A DNA stretch of 64,000 nucleotides, from the NCBI GenBank assembly GCA_963745835.1, contig CAVUZH010000003.1, positions 256,001 through 320,000 on the forward strand, written 5' to 3'. The notes beneath the pieces were generated by a model. That model searched no databases and had not been told where the DNA came from. It saw only the letters and a program-made list of their open reading frames with translations. The translations under genes and the position numbers were made by a program. Positions 10,285-19,808 of this stretch are shown piece by piece. This DNA is from an uncultured delta proteobacterium (GTDB lineage: Bacteria; Desulfobacterota; Binatia; UBA9968). Each line of letters opens with the position of its first letter. Positions within the stretch are counted from its first letter, which is position 1.

Positions 10285-11247
10285 CTAGACCTTAAAGCCG
10301 TGCTCGCGGTACCACTTCTCGGCACCGGGATGGAGCGGGACGTCGCGCGGGGTGGCGTCGGTGTTTTCGCCGAGCTGACCGATACCGATGTAGGACTCCT
10401 CCCAATAGATCTCGTCCTTCCGAGCCGAGAGCGCCTCGCAGACTTTATAGGCATCGTCATCCGGCAACGAGGCGCGGGTATAAAGCGGCCAGCCGCTGTA
10501 GTCGATGCAGGTGTACTCCTCTTTAAGATTTTTAAAACGCCCGGGGCGAATCGTGTACTTGCGCCAGCCGAGGTCGACCAAATATTTAAAGGCGACATCG
10601 TCCAAGGTGATCGGCCGCAGGCCCGCGGCCAGCGCTTCGTCAAACCAAAGCGGGAGTCCCTCGTCGAAAACCGCATCAACCGTTCCGGCGCTCAAGGCAT
10701 CCAGCCGCCGCTGATCTCCGGGGCCGCCGTTAAGTTGAAAACTGCCGCCCCAGGATTCGATATCTTTCAAAGTCATGCCATATGCCGCCAGGCTCTGATC
10801 GACGAGCACGCGTGTGGAATGCGTTGCGTCTTCCCGGATCGAAAGCCGGAGCGGAAACTTTTTCTCTTTGATCTCCGCCAACGACTTCAAGCCGGTTCTT
10901 GGATGAACGAGATAGACGAAATGATCGAGCGAAGGATAAACCGCGATGATCCTGATGGGCAGCGGCGTGGGAAATAAACCTGTTCCACGATACGCCTGAG
11001 TAAGAAGCCCGGAGGGATTGATCATCGCCATTTCCAATTCGTTGCGGCAGACCGCGTGCGCCAGAATCGGCGAGCCGGTTGCCATGCGCAGCCAGGGGCG
11101 AAAGTTTTCGTTGGATCCGCTGCCGACGGTAATGCACATGTCGCGCGGGCCGTAGTAGGGTGTGTTCGGATCACCGGCGATATGCAAGCCGATCTCCCAA
11201 AGCATCTTGGCTCGCTGGAAATTTGCGCCGCGGGGAAGGGGTTCCAT
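10285..11247 (-). CDS. TAXI-family (TRAP) solute-binding-fold protein, no evident signal peptide
   Basis: GLKSLAEIK, G.VDAVF, LPDDDAYKV and the C-terminal VPLHPGAEKWYREHG, which is the TAXI signature. Confidence 0.75.
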   Translation of the reverse strand: MEPLPRGANFQRAKMLWEIGLHIAGDPNTPYYGPRDMCITVGSGSNENFRPWLRMATGSPILAHAVCRNELEMAMINPSGLLTQAYRGTGLFPTPLPIRIIAVYPSLDHFVYLVHPRTGLKSLAEIKEKKFPLRLSIREDATHSTRVLVDQSLAAYGMTLKDIESWGGSFQLNGGPGDQRRLDALSAGTVDAVFDEGLPLWFDEALAAGLRPITLDDVAFKYLVDLGWRKYTIRPGRFKNLKEEYTCIDYSGWPLYTRASLPDDDAYKVCEALSARKDEIYWEESYIGIGQLGENTDATPRDVPLHPGAEKWYREHGFKV

Positions 11248-11441
11248 CAATACCTCCAGAAAAGTAATTGTGCCGGCGCTACCTTATTGATTTCGGCTCG
11301 TCGGTGTCAACAGCGCCAAGCATCTAGCAGGCCAAAGCGCAAAGCCCGGTCTAGCCAGGAAGTGTGTCATGAGTTTACATTCGCCCACACAGAATCGCAC
11401 GTAGAGTACGTCCTTTCAGGCCCTAATTCTCTGACGAGTCT

Positions 11442-11517
11442 GTTATTCTCGCATGCTTCTAGCGGGAATCCAGGCGGAATTTGGACGGGATCCCCGATTA
11501 AAACATTCCGGGGTGAC
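11442..11517 (-). repeat. REP-like double-hairpin element, copy 1
   Basis: Its reverse complement aligns with 15686-15760 (GTCACCCC...ATCGGGG.TCC...CGCCTGGATTCCCG.TAGAAGCA..CG.GAAT.A). Confidence 0.75.
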
Positions 11518-11631
11518 GTCGTCGGTAGTCGGATCTCTTCACCTTCGCCAAAATTTTTGAAGGAGCGCACTATCCTGATATAGGGCCGGTGCGTTGGCGA
11601 AGTTCAGATTCGAAATGCAAAGTGTCATCAC

Positions 11632-11658
11632 CTTCGTGTACTTCGTGCGCTTCATGGT
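11632..11658 (-). repeat. Three CACGAAG-type units (single arm, reverse)
   Basis: CTTCGTGTA-CTTCGTGCG-CTTCATGGT. Confidence 0.7.
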
Positions 11659-11686
11659 AAGCTATCCGGAATAGAGCGCAGCTAAA

Positions 11687-12088
11687 ATGAGTTTCGATGC
11701 ACAAGCGATCTTCGCCGATCTGGCCGAGAAGGAAAGAATCAAGGGGCACCATTCGGCGGAAGGACGCGCGATTCGGACGTTGAGTCGAGCCTTGAATGGC
11801 TATTCGCGCGGGAATCTCTCCGGCCGCGACGTCGTCGTATTGTGTGATCAGGCGATTGAAGATTGGCTCAAGGCCAAGTGTAAAGTCTCGCCATGGTCGG
11901 TGCGAGGCTTGCCCGAATTACTCGCCAGGGCGGTGCAGGCGCGCTGGATTAGCCGCTTAGAAGCCGTGCGTCTGCAAAAGTCACGCAATGCGCGGCAGTC
12001 AATTGATCATCAGGGCGCAGATGTGCCGGCGCTGGAAGTGGAATCGACATTGAAATTTTACCTAGAGCTGATTGAGAGACATTGGTGA
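11687..12088 (+). CDS. Hypothetical protein, possible HEPN-like domain
   Basis: Helical 133-aa ORF with QAIE..LKA and RQSIDH (Rx4H). Confidence 0.55.
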   Translation: MSFDAQAIFADLAEKERIKGHHSAEGRAIRTLSRALNGYSRGNLSGRDVVVLCDQAIEDWLKAKCKVSPWSVRGLPELLARAVQARWISRLEAVRLQKSRNARQSIDHQGADVPALEVESTLKFYLELIERHW

Positions 12089-12114
12089 AGATACGGTTGT
12101 ATCAGAGAAATGCA

Positions 12115-12174
12115 GTATTGGAGTGATGGATCGATGGATTTAAAGCCCAATACTCGAGCACTCCTTTATTCCAA
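12115..12174. repeat. Palindromic array of 8-bp GTATTGGA-like units
   Basis: GTATTGGA-GTGATGGA-TCGATGGA ... CCAATACT-CGAGCACT-CCTTTATT-CCAA. Confidence 0.55.
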
Positions 12175-12230
12175 CCGCCTGTTGTTGCCGCCGTCAAATT
12201 AGTTTTTGCTTCGCGCCTCACCGACAGAAC

Positions 12231-13658
12231 ATGGATTCACGTATCAACTGGCTATTGCTGATCAACGCGGCGCTCGGCAACTTTATGGCCGGCACCGCAA
12301 GCCGGATTTTCACAGTTTCGTTACCGACCGTCGCGAACAGTCTTGAAACGAGCATCATCGCGATCTCCTGGGCTGTCATTGCTTACCAAATCTCGCAGAT
12401 TAGTTTGTCGCTGGTCTTTGGCCGGGTTGGCGATGTCTACGGTCGGCACACTCTTTTTGGTGTTGGCCTGGTGATTTCGTCGTTGGGAGCGTTGATGTGC
12501 GGCTTGTCGCAGAACGTAACCCAGTTGATTGTATTTCGGCTCTTTCAAGGTGTCGGCGCCTCCATGACCCAGTCCCAGGGGCGAGCATTAGCCATGGAAT
12601 CCGTGCCCAAGGAGTCGTCCGGCAGAGCGCAAGGCTATATGACGACGGCGTTTCATTCAGGCGTGCTCATCGGTCCCAGTGTCGGCGGCCTGATCATCGA
12701 CTATATTCACTGGCGCGCGGTGTTCTTCTTTCTAATGCCCATCGGGCTTTGTGGCATTCTATTGACACTCTTCAATCGCATGAAAGGCAACATCTCGGCG
12801 CGCCCGACCACTCCTTCATCGCAGCGCGCGATTGATTATCTTGGCGCGCTCCTTCTGATCGCGGCCACTGTGGCGCTGATCGCGAGCATCGATCATCGGA
12901 TAATGGAAGCTGCCGGAGCGGCGATGCGGTTTGTATTTGTCGGCGGCTTTGTCTTGCTTTTTGGCGGCTTTCTTTATCGCGAGATAACCTGCGCCAGTCC
13001 GATTCTCGATCTATCCCTATTTCGTATCCGGATGTTTTCTTTGAGTAGTTTAACTTTGCTGCTGGTCGGCGTTGCACAAGTGATGATCGGGTTCATGTTG
13101 CCTTTCTACCTGCAAGACATTCTGCACCTAACGCCATCCTTTATCGGCCTATTGTTCATCAGCGCGCCGATTTTTACCGTGACGCTGTCGCCATTTGTCG
13201 GTTGGGCGGTGGACAAGGTGGGGCCACGCTTGCCGGCGACCATCGGCATCTCTTTTCTAGTCTGTGCCGCGTTCCTGGGCTCCTTCTTGCGAACTGATTC
13301 GCACTGGGTCTGGGCGGTTGCCGTGCTCGCCCTGTGGGGATTGGCCACGGCGCTATTTTTCACATCGAATCACACCGCGATGATCACGTCGGTGCCGGCA
13401 GAACATCGAGGCGTTGCCACCGGCGCGATCTATGTCATGTTCGGTCTGGGATCGACATTCGGTGTCTCGTTGGGCACCTTGCTGCTTACCGCGGCGTTTC
13501 GTTATTACAGCGGTGATCCGACGGCGACACCGGCGCCGGCAAACGCCACGGCGTTTGTGCAAGCTATGAATTTCAGTTTTTTCACCGGCGGTATCATGGC
13601 TCTAGTAGCGATGGCTTGTTCCGCAATGAGGGGCAAGGCTGTGGCGGCGGCGCAGTAA
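12231..13658 (+). CDS. MFS transporter, DHA2 (14-TM) type
   Basis: GRVGDVYGR, RLFQGVGA, IGPSVGG..W and PILDLSLFR. Confidence 0.9.
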   Translation: MDSRINWLLLINAALGNFMAGTASRIFTVSLPTVANSLETSIIAISWAVIAYQISQISLSLVFGRVGDVYGRHTLFGVGLVISSLGALMCGLSQNVTQLIVFRLFQGVGASMTQSQGRALAMESVPKESSGRAQGYMTTAFHSGVLIGPSVGGLIIDYIHWRAVFFFLMPIGLCGILLTLFNRMKGNISARPTTPSSQRAIDYLGALLLIAATVALIASIDHRIMEAAGAAMRFVFVGGFVLLFGGFLYREITCASPILDLSLFRIRMFSLSSLTLLLVGVAQVMIGFMLPFYLQDILHLTPSFIGLLFISAPIFTVTLSPFVGWAVDKVGPRLPATIGISFLVCAAFLGSFLRTDSHWVWAVAVLALWGLATALFFTSNHTAMITSVPAEHRGVATGAIYVMFGLGSTFGVSLGTLLLTAAFRYYSGDPTATPAPANATAFVQAMNFSFFTGGIMALVAMACSAMRGKAVAAAQ

Positions 13659-13706
13659 GTACGGGAGAGATGACAACTGAAAGCGAAAGCTGAGACAACT
13701 TAGGCG

Positions 13707-14954
13707 ATGCTATCTTTATCGGTACTGTTGAACAAATACGGCCTGATCGCGCTGGCGTTTTTGCACATCGCAGTCAGCCGCGGTCTCCACGGTACTTTCG
13801 GTGTTTTTTTCGTCGCTATGGTGACGGCGTTCGGCTGGTCGCGAGCCATGACAGCGGGTGCGATCTCGCTGGCAATTATCTTCGAGGGCGCCTGTTTGCC
13901 TCTCGCCGGTGCTCTAACGGACCGCATCGGCGGGCGCAAGACTCTGATACTGGGTGGTTTGGCGCTCGCCGTCGGATTAGGGTTTGCTTCGACAATTTCT
14001 TCGATCTGGCATTTCTATTTTTGGGTTGGAATTATCTCGGCATTCGGCATCGCCTTGATCGGCATGGTGCCTCACGTTGCGATTTTGTCGCGTGAGTTTC
14101 CGCAGCGCCGCGGCACTGCGCTGGGGATCGCCTGGGCCGGTGGTGGTGTCGGCATCGTATTGTTAGTCCCATTCGCGCAGTTGCTTATCGACAAATGGGG
14201 CTGGTCCTATGCCTACATCGGGGTAGCGATGATCACGGCGCTGCTGGTGATTCCGCCGGTGCAACTGTTTCTGCCGCGCGTCCTCACGATCAGCTCAAAA
14301 CCGACGAAAAGCGCGACAACGAAATCGGCAGCAGGGCGTACCGAAACCGATTGGACGGTTAAGCGCGCTTTGACGAATCCGGCATTTTGGCTGCTGTTTA
14401 TCGCCAGAACACTGGCGAGCATGGGTAATCAAGTCATTGTGACGCACCAAGTCGCCCATGCAGTCGACGTCGGTTACAGCACGGTCTTTGCCGCGTCGAT
14501 CTTCGGTTTGATGGGAGTGATAAGCATCGGCGGCAGAATTCTCTTCGGTTACCTCGCCGATATTATGAACAGGCAGATGGTGTTTACCTGGGTTCAGGTG
14601 ATATCCGCTGTCGGAATTTTCGCTCTGCTGATGTTGCACGATACGACGAGGCCGTGGTTGCTCTACACTTATGCGGTTTGCTACGGACTCGGCCAGGGTT
14701 CGCGCGCATTGGTGCTTTCGGCTATCTCGGCGGATATTTTTCATGGCAAGCACTTCGGCGTGATCTTCGGATACTTCACCTTCAGTATCGGGCTGGGCGG
14801 CGCGATCGGCGCATGGCTTGGCGGGTTTCTTTTCGACCTCAATCATAACTATACGATTGCGTTCTGGGTTTCCCTTGCGTGTTTGATTATTTCTGTTTTT
14901 ATCGTTCTGGCGAGCGCTAAAGTCGTCAAAGCTCAGAAAGGAAGTTACCCATGA
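13707..14954 (+). CDS. MFS transporter (OFA/MCT-like)
   Basis: FGVFF..M...FGWSR, GALTDRIGGR and RRGTALGIAWAG. Confidence 0.9.
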   Translation: MLSLSVLLNKYGLIALAFLHIAVSRGLHGTFGVFFVAMVTAFGWSRAMTAGAISLAIIFEGACLPLAGALTDRIGGRKTLILGGLALAVGLGFASTISSIWHFYFWVGIISAFGIALIGMVPHVAILSREFPQRRGTALGIAWAGGGVGIVLLVPFAQLLIDKWGWSYAYIGVAMITALLVIPPVQLFLPRVLTISSKPTKSATTKSAAGRTETDWTVKRALTNPAFWLLFIARTLASMGNQVIVTHQVAHAVDVGYSTVFAASIFGLMGVISIGGRILFGYLADIMNRQMVFTWVQVISAVGIFALLMLHDTTRPWLLYTYAVCYGLGQGSRALVLSAISADIFHGKHFGVIFGYFTFSIGLGGAIGAWLGGFLFDLNHNYTIAFWVSLACLIISVFIVLASAKVVKAQKGSYP

Positions 14955-15568
14955 TTCAACTCTATACCTGGGCCACGCCCAACGGAAAAAAAGTTTCGGT
15001 CATGCTCGAAGAGGTGGAGCTTTCCTATGAAGTCCACCCCATCAACATCGCCAAGGGCGATCAACTCAAGCCCGAGTATCTGGCGATCAATCCCAACAAT
15101 AAAATCCCCGCGATCATCGATACCGATGGACCCGGCGGCAAGCCGGTGAAACTGTTCGAGTCCGGGGCAATTCTAATGTACCTGGCGGAGAAAACAGGAA
15201 AGTTTTTGCCGCAGGAGATGGCCAAGCGCTACGAAGTGATTCAGTGGCTGATGTTTCAGATGGGCGGAGTGGGGCCGATGTTCGGCCAGGCCAATTATTT
15301 CTATCGGCTCGAGGAAAAGGTTCCCTTCGCCATCGAGCGGTACTATAAAGAGGCGATTCGCCTGTACAAAGTACTGGAGCAGACCTTGGGGCAAAGAGAT
15401 TATCTGGCGGGCGATTATTCAATTGCCGACATCGCCACCTATCCTTGGGTCGGTCGTCACGACGGCCATAACGTCAAGCTCGAAGAGTTTCCCAACGTTA
15501 AACGGTGGTTCGAAACGATTTCGCAACGGCCGGCGGTAAAGCGCGGGATGGCGGTTCCAAAAACGTAA
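14951..15568 (+). CDS. Glutathione S-transferase, YfcG/YghU (Nu-class) like
   Basis: TPNG.K, NPNNKIP, FESGAIL.YLA and QWL.FQMGG.GPM.GQ. Confidence 0.9.
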   Translation: MIQLYTWATPNGKKVSVMLEEVELSYEVHPINIAKGDQLKPEYLAINPNNKIPAIIDTDGPGGKPVKLFESGAILMYLAEKTGKFLPQEMAKRYEVIQWLMFQMGGVGPMFGQANYFYRLEEKVPFAIERYYKEAIRLYKVLEQTLGQRDYLAGDYSIADIATYPWVGRHDGHNVKLEEFPNVKRWFETISQRPAVKRGMAVPKT

Positions 15569-15685
15569 AGCCGTGTCCAACCGATCGTGGTCGTGAAAAG
15601 GCAGCAGCATGATCGTGCGCGTTGAACTAACGCGCAGCACCCTGCGGGGTATCAGAACATAGCAATGAGAATTTACGCCAAAGGC

Positions 15686-15760
15686 GTCACCCCCGAACGT
15701 CTTTATCGGGGGTCCAGTCTGATCTCGCCTGGATTCCCGATAGAAGCACTCGGGAATGAT
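15686..15760 (+). repeat. REP-like double-hairpin element, copy 2
   Basis: CCCCCGA..TCGGGGG and ATTCCCGA..TCGGGAAT hairpins; homologous to 11442-11517. Confidence 0.75.
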
Positions 15761-15883
15761 GGACTCTAAGAGGTCTAGGAATAACTCTTTACACAGTAAG
15801 GTGCGGGGGAATCATACCCGCAGTGACTGAATCAATGGCTATTCTTGCAGCGAGCACACAGAGCAATCATGAAAGGAACTTTG

Positions 15884-17662
15884 ATGAGCAAAGCACAAAA
15901 GATCGAGAAGCCTCGCGCGGAGTGGGGTTCGGACGTGGTCGTCGATCTGTTGAAAGCATTCGAGTTCGAATACATCGCGATCAACCCGGGAGCGACCTTC
16001 CGCGGCCTGCATGATTCGCTGGTCAATTATGGCGGCAATCATGCGCCGGAGATTATTCTCTGCACCCATGAGGAAATCGCCGTCGCTCTGGCGCATGGCT
16101 ATGCCCGGGCCAAGGGCCGGCCGATGGCCGCGGCGGTGCACAACGTCGTCGGCCTGCAGCATGCCTCGATGGCGATCTACAATGCCTGGGCAGACCGGCT
16201 GCCGGTGATTGTGCTGGGCGGCACAGGGCCCATGGACACAGCCAATCGCCGGCCGTGGATCGACTGGGTGCATACCGCGCTGGTGCAAGGGAATCTCGTC
16301 CGCGACTTCGTCAAATGGGATGATCAGCCGGCCAGTGTCGAAGCGGTTCCCGATTCTTTTATTCGGGCTTATCGATTGGCGACGACCGAGCCGCAAGCGC
16401 CGGTTTACATCTGCTATGACGGTGATGTTCAAGAGAAGCAACTCGAAGGCGAAGTGACCTTCCCGTCCCTGGATCGTTATCCCGCGCCTCTGCCGCTGCA
16501 AGCGCCGGAAGAAGGTTTTGACAAGACGATTCGCTGGCTGCTCGAGACCAAGAAGCCGGTCATTATCGCCGACTGGGTCGGCAGGAAAGAAGCCGGCTTT
16601 CAAGCGCTCGGTGAATTGGCTGAGATTCTCGGCGCGCCTGTGCTCGATCAATTTGGGCGATTCAATTTTCCCGTGCAGCATCCACTCAATTTGACCGGGC
16701 AGAGCGATAAGGTGATTCCGCAGGCCGATCTGATTCTCGCGTTGGATGTTCCCGACCTTGAAGGCGCGACGACGCGCCGGGCGCAGGAAAAGGGCAATCG
16801 GCGCCCGACGCCGTTGATGCAGGTCGGCGCCAAGATCATTAACGTCGGCCTCGACGACTTGCTCGTGCGCGCCTGGGCAACGGATTTCAACAAGCTGCGA
16901 GAAGCCGACCTGATGATCACGGCGGATACCTCGGTATTCTTGCCGGAGCTGGTGCGGCGCTTGAAGTCGGAAAAGAAATTGAGCGATCTGAAAGACGATA
17001 TCGGGCGACGTCGGGCCGATTGGGGCAAGATCTACGAAGACAAAAAAGCCGGGTTGGAAAAAGAACTGAAAACGAAATGGGACGAGAAGCCGATTTCGAT
17101 GACGCGAATTTACGCCGAGATGGTCGAGGCGCTCAAAGGCGAGGACTGGGTATTGACCAACGGCAGTTCGCAAGGAAAAGAAAATCTGTACCTGGCCGCG
17201 GCCAAGTTCAATCAGATTCTGGGCAAATACAAAGGCGGCGGATTGGGCTACGGCTTGCCCGCATCACTGGGCGCCGCGCTCGCGCTCAAGGGCTCGGGAA
17301 AATTTTGCGTCAACATCCAGCCCGACGGCGATCTGCTCTTCACCGTCAGCGGATTATGGACCGCGGTGCATCATCAGATCCCGCTCCTGAGCATCGTCTG
17401 CAGCAATCGCTCTTATTTCAACGACGAGGAACACCAGGAGCGCGTTGCCTTACAACGCAACCGGCCGGTGGAAAACAAAACTATCGGCATCCGCATTGAA
17501 GATCCCAATGTCGATTTCGGCGCCATGGCGCGCACCTACGGTTGCTGGGGTGCCGGTCCGATCACCGAGCCCAAAGATCTCATCAAGACATTGCGCGAAG
17601 CCGTCAAGGTGGTGAAGGAAGGCAAGCCCGCGCTGGTCGATGTGGTGTGCCAGATGCGCTGA
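15884..17662 (+). CDS. Thiamine-diphosphate-dependent enzyme (acetolactate synthase/benzoylformate decarboxylase superfamily)
   Basis: NPGATFRGLHDS, HEEIAV..AHGYA, GLGYGLP..LG and PDGD...N; AAAGGA RBS. Confidence 0.9.
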   Translation: MSKAQKIEKPRAEWGSDVVVDLLKAFEFEYIAINPGATFRGLHDSLVNYGGNHAPEIILCTHEEIAVALAHGYARAKGRPMAAAVHNVVGLQHASMAIYNAWADRLPVIVLGGTGPMDTANRRPWIDWVHTALVQGNLVRDFVKWDDQPASVEAVPDSFIRAYRLATTEPQAPVYICYDGDVQEKQLEGEVTFPSLDRYPAPLPLQAPEEGFDKTIRWLLETKKPVIIADWVGRKEAGFQALGELAEILGAPVLDQFGRFNFPVQHPLNLTGQSDKVIPQADLILALDVPDLEGATTRRAQEKGNRRPTPLMQVGAKIINVGLDDLLVRAWATDFNKLREADLMITADTSVFLPELVRRLKSEKKLSDLKDDIGRRRADWGKIYEDKKAGLEKELKTKWDEKPISMTRIYAEMVEALKGEDWVLTNGSSQGKENLYLAAAKFNQILGKYKGGGLGYGLPASLGAALALKGSGKFCVNIQPDGDLLFTVSGLWTAVHHQIPLLSIVCSNRSYFNDEEHQERVALQRNRPVENKTIGIRIEDPNVDFGAMARTYGCWGAGPITEPKDLIKTLREAVKVVKEGKPALVDVVCQMR

Positions 17663-17818
17663 GTTCCTGGCGCACAAGTTGGCGAACCTCATCGATTTGT
17701 TTTGATTGGGGATCTTAAATATTTGGTTCCTGCATGCCTGGATCTCCGAAATGATCCAGGGGAGAGAGCAGTAAGTTCGCGGCCCAGCATCAGCCAAATG
17801 CCTGGCGCCAGCTTGGCG

Positions 17819-18526
17819 TCACTTCCGACCCTTGAGTAACTGTTTGAAATAAGCCGGTGCTGCGGTTTCAAAGGTGAGTCGCTCACCCGTGAACGGGTGT
17901 GTAACCGAAAGCGAACGGGCGTGAAGCGCGAGATCGCGGTGCCCGCGATTTTCTTTTCCGTACTTCGTGTCTCCCACAACAGGATGGCCATTTTCGGCGA
18001 AATGCACGCGTATCTGATGTTTTCTGCCGGTCAATAGATCAATTTCCAATAGAGCAAAGTCTTTGGTTTGCTCGAGCAGTCGATAGGCGGTGCGGGCTAA
18101 CCTGCCTTTGCTCCTGTCCGACGTCGAGTAAACCAGGTGCGCCTTGTTTTCTGCCAGATAGCTAGAAATAATCTCCGTCTCTTTTTCCATCCGGCCGTGA
18201 ACCACCGCCAGGTATTTCTTCTCCGTGGTGTCCCAATGCTGCTGCAGATGCAACTTCGCCTCGATCGTCTTGGCAAAGATGAGGATCCCCGACGTTTCAC
18301 GATCGAGCCGATGCACGATGAAGATGCGATTGCGAGATTTGCTGCGACCCTTACGCGCGTAGTCGGTCAGGATGAAATAAGCCGTCCGCGTTTTCTCCGA
18401 ATCGGTCGCCATCGTTAACAAGCCGGCCGGTTTGTTTACCACCAGAATGTCCCTGTCTTCGTAGAGAAGCGCGAGGCCGCGCTGAAGATTTCGTGTGGCA
18501 GGACGAGCGGAAATCACAGGAACCAT
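17819..18526 (-). CDS. RluA family pseudouridine synthase
   Basis: VNKPAG, HRLDRETSG, TGRKHQIRVH and GD.KYG. Confidence 0.95.
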   Translation of the reverse strand: MVPVISARPATRNLQRGLALLYEDRDILVVNKPAGLLTMATDSEKTRTAYFILTDYARKGRSKSRNRIFIVHRLDRETSGILIFAKTIEAKLHLQQHWDTTEKKYLAVVHGRMEKETEIISSYLAENKAHLVYSTSDRSKGRLARTAYRLLEQTKDFALLEIDLLTGRKHQIRVHFAENGHPVVGDTKYGKENRGHRDLALHARSLSVTHPFTGERLTFETAAPAYFKQLLKGRK

Positions 18527-18656
18527 TGGATTTGAGTAAGCCTATCCGTCGCCCGAAAACGTTGGCTAACCGGCCGGCTTCGATCTAGCTGACAACGCCG
18601 TGCAACTCCGCAGTTGTGTAAGAAGATGAACTTTAGCAAATCGAAACGCTGATAAC

Positions 18657-19751
18657 CTAACCATCCCGGCTAGTGTCTACCCCGTGCCAGATGCCTTCGT
18701 AAATACGTTCCAACTCGGCCGCTTCGCGCTCGATTGAAAAGTGATTGACCACATGAGCGCGCCCGGCTTGCCCCATTTCGAGCGTGAGCTGCGGGTCGCA
18801 CATCAGAATTTCGAGGCGAGAAACCAAGCCGTCGAGATCCTCAGGAGAAACAAGATAGCCGGTATGCTCGTCGACTATAATGTGGTGAGCGGAGCCGACG
18901 CGAGTTGCCACCACCGCGCAGCCGCTTGCCATCGCCTCCAACGGCACTAGCCCGAAACCCTCCCAACGCTGCGGCGCGACGACGATGCTAACGCGTCTAA
19001 ACCAGAGAGGGATTTCAGCGGCGGGCCTTTCACCGAGAAACTGGATGCGCTGCGACAGGCCAGCAGCCGCGATGATGCCCTTGAGGTGTCTTGCAAACGG
19101 AATTTGGTCCGGTGTCACGGCGCCGATGATCACGGCCGTGAAGTCGGGAAAGTTCAGTAGTAAGCGGCACATGGCCTCAACGAAAAGATCGGTTCCTTTT
19201 TGATGCCGCACACGTCCAAAAATAGCGATACCGAAGCGCCCGGGAAGTCCGCTCCCGGCCCATTCCCGGCTGCGGTCATCAGCAGGAAAGTAGCGCGCTG
19301 TGTCGACGCCGTGGGAGATGATCTTGGCAGGTACCGGAATATAATTCGCTGTTTCAGCTGAAGTCGCGACAACGGCATCCATCTGCCGCATCAGCCAATG
19401 CGTCCAACGACTGTGGCGGCGCTGCGCCGCAGATGTCAGCACGAGTTTGAGTGGCATGCCCAGCACGGAACGAAGAATAAGGCCTGTGACCGCCTCGAGG
19501 TTGCGGCGCGCGTGCCAAATGCGAAATTTTTTCTTGGGTGGCGGATTAAATCCTTGCCTGAAGAGATCGCTCCAGCTGATGCGCGGCCATTGGGGTGGGA
19601 CACTCGGACCCAGAGCGGCAATCTCTAATCGCTTGGCCTGTTCCGGTATCAGAGCCGCGACGGTTGAGGTTACTCCGGTGTGCCGCCGCTTTAGACTCGC
19701 GACGATAACTTCGAATTCCTGGGCGCGCTTCATAGAGAAATCTTGGGACAC
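18657..19751 (-). CDS. Glycosyltransferase family 4 (LpcC-like LPS core mannosyltransferase)
   Basis: GVTSTV, WHARRN.E, GRVRHQKG and EGFGLVPLEAMASG. The start could be ATG 19733. Confidence 0.85.
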   Translation of the reverse strand: MSQDFSMKRAQEFEVIVASLKRRHTGVTSTVAALIPEQAKRLEIAALGPSVPPQWPRISWSDLFRQGFNPPPKKKFRIWHARRNLEAVTGLILRSVLGMPLKLVLTSAAQRRHSRWTHWLMRQMDAVVATSAETANYIPVPAKIISHGVDTARYFPADDRSREWAGSGLPGRFGIAIFGRVRHQKGTDLFVEAMCRLLLNFPDFTAVIIGAVTPDQIPFARHLKGIIAAAGLSQRIQFLGERPAAEIPLWFRRVSIVVAPQRWEGFGLVPLEAMASGCAVVATRVGSAHHIIVDEHTGYLVSPEDLDGLVSRLEILMCDPQLTLEMGQAGRAHVVNHFSIEREAAELERIYEGIWHGVDTSRDG

Positions 19752-19808
19752 GAGGGCTCAGAGAAGAGATCGCTTGTTCGATTAGGTTTCTCCTCTAAGT
19801 TCGAGCCT

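Noticed and set aside
15632-15823. CGCAGCACCCTGCGGGGTATC ... GCGGGGGAATCATACCCG as IS200/IS605-type ends
   Set aside because: Too degenerate, with no tnpA/tnpB and no clear second copy in the window.
15839-17173. Long antisense ORFs (also 10213-10977, 40703-41452, 52672-53334)
   Set aside because: They shadow well-supported genes on the opposite strand in GC-rich DNA and have no motifs.
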